DNA of 64,000 nt. Source: an uncultured Trueperaceae bacterium (GTDB lineage Bacteria > Deinococcota > Deinococci > Deinococcales > Trueperaceae). Positions 21,861 through 31,997 of the stretch are shown here, piece after piece (the stretch's first letter is position 1; each line of letters begins with the position of its first letter). A program made the position numbers and the translations under genes. Below the pieces are notes generated by a model. It had not been told where the DNA came from. It worked only from the letters and a program-made list of their open reading frames with translations, and ran no database searches. The stretch is from positions 128,001 through 192,000 of the forward strand of contig CAWFFU010000011.1 in assembly GCA_963815215.1 (NCBI GenBank), written 5' to 3'.

Positions 21861-23297
21861 TCAACCGAGCCCTTCGGTGGCCATCTCGACGGCGCGGCGC
21901 AGCGCCGCCAGCTTGTTGAGCGACTCCTGCCACTCGGCCGCCGGATCGCTGTCGGCGACCACGCCGCAGCCGGCCTGAAGGTGGAGACGGCCGCCGGTCG
22001 CGACCACGGTGCGCAGCGTCAGCGCCATGTCCATGGCGCCGGACACGCTCAGGTATCCGAAGGCGCCGGCGTAGGGGCCGCGCCGGGTCGGCTCGAGCTC
22101 GTCGATGATCTCCATGGCACGGATCTTGGGGGCGCCCGACGCCGTCCCCATGGGAAGGGTCGACGATAGCGCATCCAGCGGCGTGCGCCCCGGCGCCAGC
22201 ACCCCCTCGACTCGCGACACCAGGTGCATCACATGGCTGTAGCGCTCCACGCGCATCAGGTCGGAAACATGGACGCTCCCGAAGCGGCACACGCGACCCA
22301 GGTCGTTGCGACCCAGATCCACCAGCATCACGTGCTCGGCGCGCTCCTTGTCGTCGGCGAGCAGTTCCGCGGCCAGCGCCGCGTCCTCGCCAACATCTGC
22401 GCCACGAGGACGGGTGCCGGCGATGGGGCGCGTCTCGACCTGCACGCCGTCGCTCCGGACCAGGCTCTCGGGGCTGCTCGATACCAGCGTGACCGGGCCA
22501 AGATCGAGATAGCCGAGGTAGGGGCTGGGGTTGATCGATCGCAGCGCTCGGTAGATGGCGAACGGGTGGACGCCCAGCTCCGCGCTCAGCCGCTGGCTCG
22601 GCACCACCTGGAAGACATCGCCGGCGCGGATGTACTCCACCGAGCGATCCACGGCAGCCATGAAGCCCTCACGCGTGAAGTTGCTGGTGAAGTCGCTCAG
22701 GCGGCCGGCGCGATCGCCGGGGACCCCGGGCAGCGGGCCCCGTAGCCGCTGGTAGGTGGCGTCCACGAGCGCCTGCGCGCGCGCCTCGTCGCCCGGATCG
22801 CCGTCGACGGCCGGCGCGACCACGTACAGGCGCCGCAACAGGTGGTCGAAGATGACCAGCACCTCGGGCTCGAGGAACAGCAGATCGGGAACGTTCAGCT
22901 CGTCGGGGTTGGCGTCCGGCAACTGCTCGTAGAGTCGGATGAGATCGTAGCTGGCGTAGCCGACCGCACCGGCCCAGAACGGCGGCAGCTCCGGCGGCGC
23001 CGCCGCCGGGCGCACCGTCATGTCCCACAGCGCACGCAGCGGGTCGTGCGTGATGAAGCTGTCGGTCCCGCCAGGGCCGGTGAGGGTCACCTGCTCGCCC
23101 CGCACCTCGATGCGGCGCCGTTGACCGGAGCCGATGAACGAGTAGCGCGCCACGTGCTCGCCCTGCTCGACGCTCTCCAGGAGGAACGACGGGTGGCCGG
23201 CGACCTTCAGGTACGCCGTGAGCGGGGTCTCGAGGTCGGCCAGCAACTCCCGGTACACCGGGTGCACTCGGCCTAGGACACGAGCTGGGTCAGACAC
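21861..23297 (-). CDS. trpE: Anthranilate synthase component I
   Basis: LLES Trp-feedback motif, NPSPY, PIAGTRPRG, EHVMLVDLGRND, SGAPK. Confidence 0.96.
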   Translation of the reverse strand: MSDPARVLGRVHPVYRELLADLETPLTAYLKVAGHPSFLLESVEQGEHVARYSFIGSGQRRRIEVRGEQVTLTGPGGTDSFITHDPLRALWDMTVRPAAAPPELPPFWAGAVGYASYDLIRLYEQLPDANPDELNVPDLLFLEPEVLVIFDHLLRRLYVVAPAVDGDPGDEARAQALVDATYQRLRGPLPGVPGDRAGRLSDFTSNFTREGFMAAVDRSVEYIRAGDVFQVVPSQRLSAELGVHPFAIYRALRSINPSPYLGYLDLGPVTLVSSSPESLVRSDGVQVETRPIAGTRPRGADVGEDAALAAELLADDKERAEHVMLVDLGRNDLGRVCRFGSVHVSDLMRVERYSHVMHLVSRVEGVLAPGRTPLDALSSTLPMGTASGAPKIRAMEIIDELEPTRRGPYAGAFGYLSVSGAMDMALTLRTVVATGGRLHLQAGCGVVADSDPAAEWQESLNKLAALRRAVEMATEGLG

Positions 23298-23359
23298 AGG
23301 GGGGTTCTCCGATTCCGAACGGGGGGCGGACCGCTGCCGGGCGGCCGATCATGCGGACC

Positions 23360-23419
23360 TCAGGCGAGGCTGTGGCGCCATCGCCCGAGGGTCCCGGTCC
23401 AGGAATGGAGCACGGACAT
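23360..23419 (-). CDS. trpL: Putative trp leader peptide MSVLHSWTGTLGRWRHSLA (19 aa), absent from the ORF track
   Basis: ATG 6 nt after TATACT (23431-23426); two TGG codons; a 13-bp hairpin spans the second Trp codon and the stop; ends 62 nt upstream of trpE. Confidence 0.7.
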   Translation of the reverse strand: MSVLHSWTGTLGRWRHSLA

Positions 23420-23486
23420 GGCGAGAGTATACCGAGTCCGACCTACGCGGCGGGCGCGATCCGCGGGCACCCCGAGCGCCGGCCGC

Positions 23487-24287
23487 TCAGCCTCGGTGGG
23501 TCTCGGGCAGGAACATCCCGATGGCCTGGTAGCCGGCGTCGACGTAGACGACCTCTCCGGTGACGCCGCTGCCCAACTCGTCGCACAGCAGTGCCAGCCC
23601 CATGCCGCCGACCTCCCGGCTCTCGATGTTGCGTCCGAGCATGCTGTGCGCGCCCCCCTCGGAGTACAGATCGCCGAAGCCGCGGATGGACCGGGCGGCC
23701 ACCGTTCGCACCGGACCGGCGGAGATGGCGTTCACTCGTATACCTTGCGGCCCCAAGTCGTAAGCGAGGTAGCGCATGCTGGACTCGAGCGCGGCCTTGG
23801 CAACGCCCATGACGTTGTAGTGGGGCACCACGCGCTCGGCCGCCAGGTAGCTCAGCGTCACGATGCTGCCGCCGCCCTCCATCAGCCGCGCCGCCCGCTC
23901 CGCCACCGCTACCAGGGAGTAGGCGGAGACGTCCATCGCGATGCGCCAGTCCGCGCGCGCGGTCTTGACGAACGGTTGCTCGAAGGTGGCCGGCGGCGCG
24001 AAAGCGAGGGCGTGCACCACGTAATCGAGGTGGCCCATCTCGGACGCGAGCGTGTCGAAGAGCGCATCGAGCTGCGCGTCGCTCGTGACGTCGCACTCCG
24101 TCAACACGGTTCCCTCGCGCCCTTCGGTGAGCTTCTCGAGGGTCGGCCGCAGTCGATCCCCCTGGTAACTGAAGGCGAGGCGGGCACCGGCCTTGGCCAG
24201 CGGCTCCGCGATGGCCCAGGCCAGCGAACGCTGGTTGGTGACCCCCATGACCAAGCCGTTCTTCCCGGTCAGATCGATGCCGAACAT
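23487..24287 (-). CDS. fabI: Enoyl-ACP reductase
   Basis: GVTNQRSLAWAIA, YNVMGVAKAALES, NAISAGPVRT. Confidence 0.95.
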   Translation of the reverse strand: MFGIDLTGKNGLVMGVTNQRSLAWAIAEPLAKAGARLAFSYQGDRLRPTLEKLTEGREGTVLTECDVTSDAQLDALFDTLASEMGHLDYVVHALAFAPPATFEQPFVKTARADWRIAMDVSAYSLVAVAERAARLMEGGGSIVTLSYLAAERVVPHYNVMGVAKAALESSMRYLAYDLGPQGIRVNAISAGPVRTVAARSIRGFGDLYSEGGAHSMLGRNIESREVGGMGLALLCDELGSGVTGEVVYVDAGYQAIGMFLPETHRG

Positions 24288-24401
24288 GGATATCCCTCCC
24301 GATCGCCCGGCGCGGCGCACACCACGCGGTGGACGTTCGCTCGCAAGCCGGACGCCAGTCTACCTTCCGTGACTATGGGTCCGTGCCTGCCGCCGCCTGG
24401 C

Positions 24402-25451
24402 TCAGCCCTCGGCCATGAGGCGCTCGAAGCGTTCGCGCGCGTCGCTGGCCTTGCCGCGCTCGCCGCGCTTCTCCCACACCGACGCCAGCCCTTCCCAGGC
24501 GCTCTCGCTGAAGGGCTCGTGCTCGGTCATCTTCTGAAAGAGCATCGTCGCCTGCTTGAGGTCATCCTGCTCTTCGGCGCGCTCGGCGGCCGCCTGCAAC
24601 AGCGTGAGATGCTCGGCCTGCAGGTTCAGCCGGATGGCCTCGATCCAACCCGAGTCGAAGCCGATGAGGAAATGCCCGCTGTAGACCTGCATGGCCTCCA
24701 GGTAATCGCGCAGGTCACCGGACTCACGCGCCTGCTGGCCGAGGCTGCGGTACCGGTCGAGGTCGTACTCGATGTTGAACTTGCTGTGCAGGTAGTAGCG
24801 GCGATTCGCCGACTCCACCAGCTCGCCGCCCATCACCTTGCGCAGCCGGTAGAGGGTGGTGTGGAAGCTGCTGGAGGCCTTCGACTCACTCTTGCCCGGC
24901 CACAACGCTTCGGCCACCTCGAACGTCGTGACGCCGGAACGGTGCTCGAGCAGGTAGAACAGCAGCTCGAGGGCCTTGAGCGAGTCCCAATCGAGCCTCT
25001 CCCCGTCTCGGTTGATGACTGGATGACCGAACCCCTTGGCGGTGACGATGCCCTCGAGCGGCTGCCTCAGTTCCGCGATGCGCTTGAGGCGGACCTCGAC
25101 CGCCTCCAGCAGCTCGACCTTGTTGAAGGGCTTGGTGAGGTAGTCATCGGCGCCGAGAGCCATACCCTTGCGCATCGAGCCACGGTCCTCCAGGGCTGTG
25201 AGGAAGAGGAACGGCACCGCGCGCAATTCTTGGATGGAGCGCGCCTGACGGTAGAACTCGAAGCCGTCCATGTCGGGCATGGAGATGTCCGACACGATGA
25301 CGTCGGGCCTCAGCCCCTCGTTCAACTCGCCGAGGGCCTCGAGCGGATTGTCGAAGGTCAACACGGCGTACCCGGCACCGACAAGGCTCAACTCCGTGAC
25401 CTTGAGGATTCCGGGTTCGTCGTCCACGACCATCACCAGCGTCGCCGACAT
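24402..25451 (-). CDS. Response regulator with SARP-type wHTH and BTAD output
   Basis: VVDDE, SDISMPDMDG, LTKPF; EALWP, TLYRLRK; C-terminal TPR/BTAD. Confidence 0.88.
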   Translation of the reverse strand: MSATLVMVVDDEPGILKVTELSLVGAGYAVLTFDNPLEALGELNEGLRPDVIVSDISMPDMDGFEFYRQARSIQELRAVPFLFLTALEDRGSMRKGMALGADDYLTKPFNKVELLEAVEVRLKRIAELRQPLEGIVTAKGFGHPVINRDGERLDWDSLKALELLFYLLEHRSGVTTFEVAEALWPGKSESKASSSFHTTLYRLRKVMGGELVESANRRYYLHSKFNIEYDLDRYRSLGQQARESGDLRDYLEAMQVYSGHFLIGFDSGWIEAIRLNLQAEHLTLLQAAAERAEEQDDLKQATMLFQKMTEHEPFSESAWEGLASVWEKRGERGKASDARERFERLMAEG

Positions 25452-25514
25452 CAACCGAGTCTACTCTGCGCCTTCGTCGACGGCGTATGAAGGAATCGAC
25501 CAGCCGCGCCGGGC

Positions 25515-25706
25515 TCAGCCATCCCAGCCCTCGGTCTCCTGGTAGTGGACCAGCGCGGAGAACTCGACCGTGGTGTCCAGCGCCGCCGATGAGAACTTCA
25601 CGTCGACGATCAACGAGTCCCGGTCGAGAGAGGCGATGAAGTCGTTCAGGCGCGTCTCGAAGAGCTCGAAATTGTTGGAGCTGATCAGCTTGAACTTGGG
25701 TTCCAT
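25515..25706 (-). CDS. Small hypothetical protein (63 aa)
   Basis: MEPKFKLISSNNFELFETRLNDFI...; GGAGG SD; host-like codon usage. Confidence 0.7.
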   Translation of the reverse strand: MEPKFKLISSNNFELFETRLNDFIASLDRDSLIVDVKFSSAALDTTVEFSALVHYQETEGWDG

Positions 25707-26524
25707 GGTCCCTGCCCTCCTGCGCTCGAGCGTCGGAGCTCGCTCGGATCGTCGCCCATGATGGCGTCCACGCCCAGGGCGTGCAAGGCGCGCACGGCCT
25801 CCGGGTCGTTGACCGTCCACACGTTGACCGCCAGCCCGCGGGCATGCGCCGTACGCACGTAGCGCTCGTCCACCAGCGGGTAGCGCGGGTGGAGGGCGTC
25901 GACGTGCAACCAGCCCGGCCGCGGGCGCCCCCCCGGGAGCTTCACCGTGGTCTCGTCGTAAAGCAGCGCCACACGCAACCCCGGCGCCAGCAGCCGGACG
26001 CGCGCCAACGACAGCGGGTTGAAGCTCGACACCAGCACCCGGTCGGCAAGACCGGAGAGCTTCACGGCGCGGATCACGGCGCGCTCGAGCCCGTGCGTGC
26101 GCCAGCCGCGGGCCTTGATCTCGAGGTTGAGCAACCGTCCCGGATAGCGTCGCGCCAGCCAGAAGAGCTCCTCGAGGGTCGCCAGCTCGGGCAGTCGTTC
26201 GCGAAGCTGCCCGTAGCTCTGCCCAGCCACCGGCCGGCCCCCCACCTCATCGTCGTGGGTGACCACCAGCTCACCGTCGAGGCTCCGCTGAACGTCGAAC
26301 TCGACGCCGTCCAGACCCTCATCGAACGCCCGCGTGAAGGCGGCCAGGGTGTTCTCCGGCTCGACCCCGCGCGTGCCGCGGTGCCCCACCAGCAAGGTGC
26401 GACCGGCGCGCACGCCCGGCACGGCTCGCCCCCGCCAGCTCACGCGCCACAACGCGAGCACGAGCACGAGCAACGCGACGTACATCAGCACGTCCGGCAC
26501 GGAAGCGAAAGGACCCGGGAACAT
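25685..26524 (-). CDS. Glycerophosphodiester phosphodiesterase with N-terminal TM
   Basis: GHRG, ENTLAAF, VEFDV, NLEIK, VWTVN; ATG 6 nt after TATACT. Confidence 0.9.
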   Translation of the reverse strand: MFPGPFASVPDVLMYVALLVLVLALWRVSWRGRAVPGVRAGRTLLVGHRGTRGVEPENTLAAFTRAFDEGLDGVEFDVQRSLDGELVVTHDDEVGGRPVAGQSYGQLRERLPELATLEELFWLARRYPGRLLNLEIKARGWRTHGLERAVIRAVKLSGLADRVLVSSFNPLSLARVRLLAPGLRVALLYDETTVKLPGGRPRPGWLHVDALHPRYPLVDERYVRTAHARGLAVNVWTVNDPEAVRALHALGVDAIMGDDPSELRRSSAGGQGPWNPSSS

Positions 26525-26629
26525 CGCCGGAGTATATCCTCTCAGGGTCGGCGCCATCTCCGGCGCACCGGCAGGAACGTGCGCAGGGACGGCTTCGACA
26601 GGATGCGGCCTCTGGTAGCATGGGACGTC

Positions 26630-27469
26630 GTGGACATCCCCGAGGCCCGCAAGCCCCGCCCTCGTCGCGAGTGGATCATGGTCGTGGTCCAGCCGCTCGC
26701 GAGCCGCTGCGTGACGTGGGCGGCACGGCGACGCATCGATCCGAGGACGGTGGTGGCGGCGCACGCCCTGCTGGGCCTGGCAGCGGCCGGGTTGCTCACG
26801 CGGCACGCGGGCGCAGCCCTGGTGGCGGCCGCCGTGCTGCTGCAGCTCAAGACCCTGCTCGACAACGTCGACGGAGGCCTGGCGCGGGTGACCGGCCGCG
26901 TCACCGAGGCCGGCCGCTACCTCGACACCGGCGCCGACCTGATCGTCAACATCGCGCTGTTCGCGGCCTTGACTCGGCACGGGCCCGCCGTGCCGGCCTG
27001 GCTCGCCCTGGTGTTGGTGACGCTGGTGCTGTCGCTCGACTTCAACCTCGAGGGACGCTACCGGGAGCTCAGGGGCGATCCCGGCGCGCCGGCCGCACCG
27101 CTGCCGCCGGGGGCCCCTGCCTGGATCCTGGGCCTCCTCAAGGGGCTGTACCGGGTCCTGTTCGAGCCCCAGGACCGTTGGTTGCGGAGCCTCGATCGGA
27201 CGCTGTTCGAGCGCGCCTCGGGGCGCCCTGAAGCGGACGCCCCCGCCGCTCTGCGGAGGACGTGGAACGATCTGTTCTCCACGGCCAGCGTCGTCAACCT
27301 CGGCCTCAGCAGCCAGCTGGCGCTGCTCGGCCTGCTGTGCCTGCTCGGTCGCCCCTATCTGTACGTGGTGGCCGTCTACCTCCAGCTCGTGTACGTACTG
27401 GCGGTCCAGGCCGTGCGGGTGGCCCGCCTGCGACGGGCTGTGCGGCAAGGTCGCGGGAGCGCCGCATGA
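26630..27469 (+). CDS. CDP-alcohol phosphatidyltransferase family protein
   Basis: DNVDGGLARVTGRVTEAGRYLDTGAD matches D-x2-DG-x2-AR-x8-G-x3-D-x3-D. Confidence 0.88.
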   Translation: MDIPEARKPRPRREWIMVVVQPLASRCVTWAARRRIDPRTVVAAHALLGLAAAGLLTRHAGAALVAAAVLLQLKTLLDNVDGGLARVTGRVTEAGRYLDTGADLIVNIALFAALTRHGPAVPAWLALVLVTLVLSLDFNLEGRYRELRGDPGAPAAPLPPGAPAWILGLLKGLYRVLFEPQDRWLRSLDRTLFERASGRPEADAPAALRRTWNDLFSTASVVNLGLSSQLALLGLLCLLGRPYLYVVAVYLQLVYVLAVQAVRVARLRRAVRQGRGSAA

Positions 27470-27918
27470 CGGGCGAGCCCGGCACTCGCCGCCCGCTCGC
27501 CACGGTGGGCGCACTCGTCGTCGGCCCGACCGGCCGCGTGCTGCTGGTCCGCACCCACAAGTGGCGCGAGCGCTGGGGCGTGCCGGGCGGCAAGATCGAG
27601 TACGGCGAGACCATGGCGGCGGCCGTGCGCCGCGAGGTGCGCGAGGAGACCGGCCTGGAGCTGGTCGACATCCATTGGGCGCCGGTGCAGGAGGCGGTCG
27701 AGAGCCCGGAGTTCCACCGATCGGCCCACTTCCTGCTGCTGAACTTCGTGGCCAGGAGCGACTCCGAGCAGGTGCGTCTCAACGACGAGGCGCAGACGTT
27801 CGCGTGGGTGGACCCGAAGGAGGCCCTGGAGATGGATCTCAACCGACCCACCGTGGTCCTGGTGCGACACTTCCTGGAGCGCGGCTTCGGCACGCCGCCG
27901 CTGGAGCGCCGTGCCTGA
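27466..27918 (+). CDS. NUDIX hydrolase
   Basis: GGKIEYGETMAAAVRREVREETGL Nudix box; ATGA overlap. Confidence 0.92.
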   Translation: MTGEPGTRRPLATVGALVVGPTGRVLLVRTHKWRERWGVPGGKIEYGETMAAAVRREVREETGLELVDIHWAPVQEAVESPEFHRSAHFLLLNFVARSDSEQVRLNDEAQTFAWVDPKEALEMDLNRPTVVLVRHFLERGFGTPPLERRA

Positions 27919-28642
27919 GAGTCCGGACCGTCGCCCCGCCGCCCTGGTCACGGGATCGGCCCGAGGCATCGGCCGGGCGCTGGCGCTGGCGCTCGCCGAG
28001 GACGGCTATGACGTCGCCGTCCACTACCGGACCCGTGCCGGCGAGGCGCAGCGGGTGGCCGAGGAGGCGCGTGCGCGTGGCGCGCGTGCGGTCGTGCTGC
28101 GGGGCGACGTCACGGTGGAGGCGGAGGCGCGCGCCCTGATCGAGGATGCCCGCGGCGCCCTGGGCGGCCTCGACGTGCTCGTGAACAACGTCGGCAACTA
28201 CCACTTCGGACCCCTGGACGAACTCGACGCACAGCACTGGCACGCCATGTTCGACAGCAACCTCCACGCCACCTTCTACACCTGTCAGACGGCGGTGCCG
28301 ATCATGCGCGCGCAGGGCGGCGGCCGCATCGTGAACATCGGCTACGCCGGCGCCGAGCTGCTCAAGGCGCGGCCGTCCATCGCCGCCTACGCGGCGGCCA
28401 AGACCGCCGTCATCCTGTACAGCAAGGCGCTCGCCCGGAGCGAGGCGGGCCACGGGATCACCGTCAACGTGGTGAGCCCCGGCGTGATGGAGAACAGCGT
28501 CACCCAACCCACCGGTGAGATCCCGATGGGCCGCGTCGGCAGACTGACCGAGGTGGCGGCGGCAGTGCGCTACCTGCTCTCGCCCGACGCCGCCTATGTG
28601 ACCGGGACCACCCTCGAGGTCGCGGGCGGCTGGAATCTGTAG
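27911..28642 (+). CDS. SDR, TmpR-like dihydropteridine/dihydrofolate reductase
   Basis: TGSARGIG, NNVG, YAAAK, GEIPMGR and C-terminal EVAGGWNL, recalled as typical of Thermus TmpR. Confidence 0.8.
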   Translation: MPESPDRRPAALVTGSARGIGRALALALAEDGYDVAVHYRTRAGEAQRVAEEARARGARAVVLRGDVTVEAEARALIEDARGALGGLDVLVNNVGNYHFGPLDELDAQHWHAMFDSNLHATFYTCQTAVPIMRAQGGGRIVNIGYAGAELLKARPSIAAYAAAKTAVILYSKALARSEAGHGITVNVVSPGVMENSVTQPTGEIPMGRVGRLTEVAAAVRYLLSPDAAYVTGTTLEVAGGWNL

Positions 28643-28649
28643 AGGACCG

Positions 28650-29231
28650 CTAGAGGTCTCCGTCTTCGAACTTCAGGCCGCCCCGGCCGCGGGTGATGTC
28701 GAACACGCCCCCCGCCTGCTTCAGGTTGACCGTCACGAAGTCGTGGTGCTGCAAGATCTCGAACGACTCCAGCGGCACGTCCCGGCGCGGCAACAACACG
28801 CGCGCGCCGTAGAGGTCCTGGAACGGACGATCGGTGAACACCGTGTGGAGGTAGTCCGACACCCGCTGATCGGGCATCAGGTACAGCTGCCCGGTCACCA
28901 CGTAGCTGGCGTACATGATGTACACCAGTCGGGCCTCGCGCCGCACGTGCTCGGAGACCTCCTCGGCGCGCCCACCCACCACCCACAGGATGTGCTCCTT
29001 GGGGACGGCCGCGAAGTCGGTCTCGTACTGCAACGCCTCGTTCTCCGGTGGATGCCGGAAGCCTGCGTCGTACACCATGCAGTGGGTGACCGGCAGGTAC
29101 GGACGGTCGGTGAGGTTCAGCACGCGCGCAGTGCTCACGAGCTCGGGCAGGTGCAACAGTCCGTAGAGGCGGAACTCGTTGGTGTACACCCGCCCCTCGG
29201 TGGGCGTGACGCGCCGATTGTTGCCGACCAT
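28650..29231 (-). CDS. Hypothetical protein with an internal two-domain duplication
   Basis: Both halves share TDRP(Y/F) and DF..V patterns; ATG 5 nt after TAGAGT. Confidence 0.75.
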   Translation of the reverse strand: MVGNNRRVTPTEGRVYTNEFRLYGLLHLPELVSTARVLNLTDRPYLPVTHCMVYDAGFRHPPENEALQYETDFAAVPKEHILWVVGGRAEEVSEHVRREARLVYIMYASYVVTGQLYLMPDQRVSDYLHTVFTDRPFQDLYGARVLLPRRDVPLESFEILQHHDFVTVNLKQAGGVFDITRGRGGLKFEDGDL

Positions 29232-29324
29232 GCAGGACTCTACCACCTTCATCTCACGCTTCCCGGCGGCCTTCCCGAACGCCTCAGACCGCCCAGACGC
29301 GCCTGCTGCCGCTATGCTGACGTC

Positions 29325-31971
29325 ATGGCCCGCGACGACCCGCGCCACCGGGGACCGCGCAGCCGGAGTGCCGAGCAGGGCATGCTGTTCGAGGGGCCGG
29401 ACGCGGCTTCACCCGACGATCCCGGCGCGGCGGGGACCGGCTCCGCCCGGTCTGCCCCCGTCGGCGCGCACCAGGACGCAGCGGCACGCGGCCGCGTAGT
29501 GGTCGTCGACGGGCACGGCATCGCCTACCGCAGCTACTTCGGCGTTCGCGATCTGTCCACCTCGCGCGGACAACCCACCAACGCCGTCTACGGCTTCGTG
29601 CGCACGCTGCTCGGCCTGCTCGGCGACGACGACGCCATCGTGGTGGTCGCCTTCGACGCGCCGGCGCCCACCTTCCGCCATGAACGCTTCGAGGGCTACA
29701 AGGCCGGCCGCGCGCCGGCGCCCGAGGACCTACCCTCGCAACTCGCGGTGATCAAGCGTCTGCTCGACCTGATGGGCGTCCCGCGCCGAGAGATCCCGGG
29801 GCTCGAAGCCGACGACCTGATCGGTACCATCGCCCTGCGCTGCGCCGCGCTCGGCTACCGGGTCGAGGTGGTCACCAGCGATCGCGACGCCCTACAGCTC
29901 GTCGGCGAACGGGTGTGGGTACACCCTCCCGAGCGCCGCGACGTCATCGGTCCGGACGAGGTCGAGGCCCGCTACGGCGTGCGCCCCGACCAATGGGTCG
30001 ATTACCGAGCGCTCACCGGGGACAGTAGCGACAACCTGCCGGGCGTGCGCGGGATCGGCCCAGTGGCGGCCCGCACGCTGCTGCAGCGCTACGGCTCGCT
30101 CGACCGTATGCTGGCCGATCTCGACGCCGTCGAGCCCGGCTCGGCGGCCCGCAAGATCGCCGCGGCCCGCGAGGCGCTGGCGCTGTCGCGCGAGCTCTCC
30201 CGCATCCGCACCGACGTCGACATGGCGGTGGAGCCCGAGGACGTGGAGGCGGCGCGCGCCGGACAACGCGGCGCTCGCCGAGGCGTTACGGGAGCTCGAG
30301 TTCGGCTCGGTGCTCCACGAGCTGGGACTGGCACAACGGTCCGAGTTTCGCCCCGTGGCCTGGCGGGAGCTGGCGCCGGAAGGTGCTATCGGCTTCGTGC
30401 TGGACGGCGAGCGCGCCACCACCGCCGAGATCGCCGAGCTGGCGCTCGCCCGCTCCGGCAGGGTCGCGCGAGCCGGCGGCGAAGCCGATCGCAACGCCGT
30501 GCTTGGGCGGTCGTCCCCGTTGGACGCCTGCGACGCCAAGGCCCTGACCGTGGCGGCGCGACGGCACGGGTTCGACGCAAGGGCCGGCGACGATCCCCTG
30601 CTCATGGCCTATCTCCTGGACCCGAGCGGGGCCTCGGCCGAGCGGCTCGCCCGCCGTCACGGCGCAGGCGAGTGGGGGTCCGACGCCGGGAGTCGCGCGG
30701 CCGCGACGGCGGAGCTGCTGCGGATCCTCGGCCCGCGCCTGGGGGGCGCCCAGCGGTCGATCTACGAAGAGGTGGAACGCCCGCTCCAGACGGTCCTGGC
30801 GGACATGGAGCTGGCCGGAGTGCGCCTGGACGTCGACCAGCTGCGGCGGCAATCCGAGGTGTTGACCCAACGCATCGAACGCATCGAGGAACGCGTGCGG
30901 ACGCTGGCCGGTGAAGCGGACTTCAACGTCCACTCCCGCGACCGGGTCGCCTGGCTCCTGTACGAGAAGCTGGGCCTGCGCGCGGGCCGTCGCACGGCCA
31001 CCGGCAAGCGCAGCACCGCGCTGTCGGCGTTGGAGCCGCTGCGGGGCGAGCACGAGGCCGTCGACCTGATCCTCGAGCACCGTGAGCTCAGCAAGCTCAA
31101 GGGCACCTATCTCGATCCCCTACCAGAGCTGGTCGACCCGGCGACCGGGCGACTCCACACCACCTTCAACCAGGCCGTGGTGGCGACCGGAAGGTTGTCC
31201 TCGGCCCATCCCAACCTGCAGAACATCCCGGTCCGCACGGAGCTCGGGCGCCAGATCCGGCGCGCCTTCATCGCCGCCGAGGGCGCGCGGATGGTGGTCG
31301 CCGACTACAGCCAGATCGAGCTGCGGGTGCTGGCGCACATCGCCGACGAGCCCACCCTCATCGAGGCGTTCCGCCACGGCGAGGACGTGCACCGCAGGAC
31401 GGCGTCGGAGGTGTACGACGTCGCCGCACAGGACGTCACCGACGAGATGCGCCGGCGCGCCAAGGTGGTGAACTTCGGCATCCTCTACGGCATGGGACCG
31501 CGCCGTCTCAGCGCCGATCTGGACATCAGCCCGCAGGAGGCCGAGCGCACCATCGCGACCTACTTCGAGCGCTACCCGCGCGTGCGCGCCTACATCGACG
31601 ACACCCTCGCGTTCTGCCGCGAGCACGGCTACGTCACCACGCTGCTGGGTCGGCGCCGTCACATCCCGGACATCCACAGCCCCAACCGCAGCGCCCGCGA
31701 GTACGCCGAGCGCACGGCCTACAACATGCCCATCCAGGGGACCGCCGCAGACATCATGAAGCTGGCCATGTTGAAGCTCGCGCCGGAGCTGCGTGCACTG
31801 GGTGGCCGCCTGCTGCTCCAGGTTCACGACGAGGTGGTCGCTGAGGTGCCGGCCGCCGCCGCGGAGCGTGCCGCGGTCGCCGTGCGCGAGGCGATGGCGG
31901 GCGCCTACGCCCTGAGGGTGCCGCTCGTGGCCGAGGTCGGCTCGGGCTCCAACTGGCTGGAGGCGAGATAG
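29325..31971 (+). CDS. polA: DNA polymerase I (Taq-like), with an apparent 1-nt insertion near 30240
   Basis: 5' nuclease (VDGHGIAYRSY, EADD, GDSSDNLPGV) in one frame; polymerase (DYSQIELR, RRAKVVNFGILYG, QVHDE) in another; removing one base at about 30240 gives a continuous TWRRRAPDNAALAEALRELEFGSVLHELGL. Confidence 0.93.
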
Positions 31972-31997
31972 GCACAGGCCGGGCTAGAATGGCCCTC

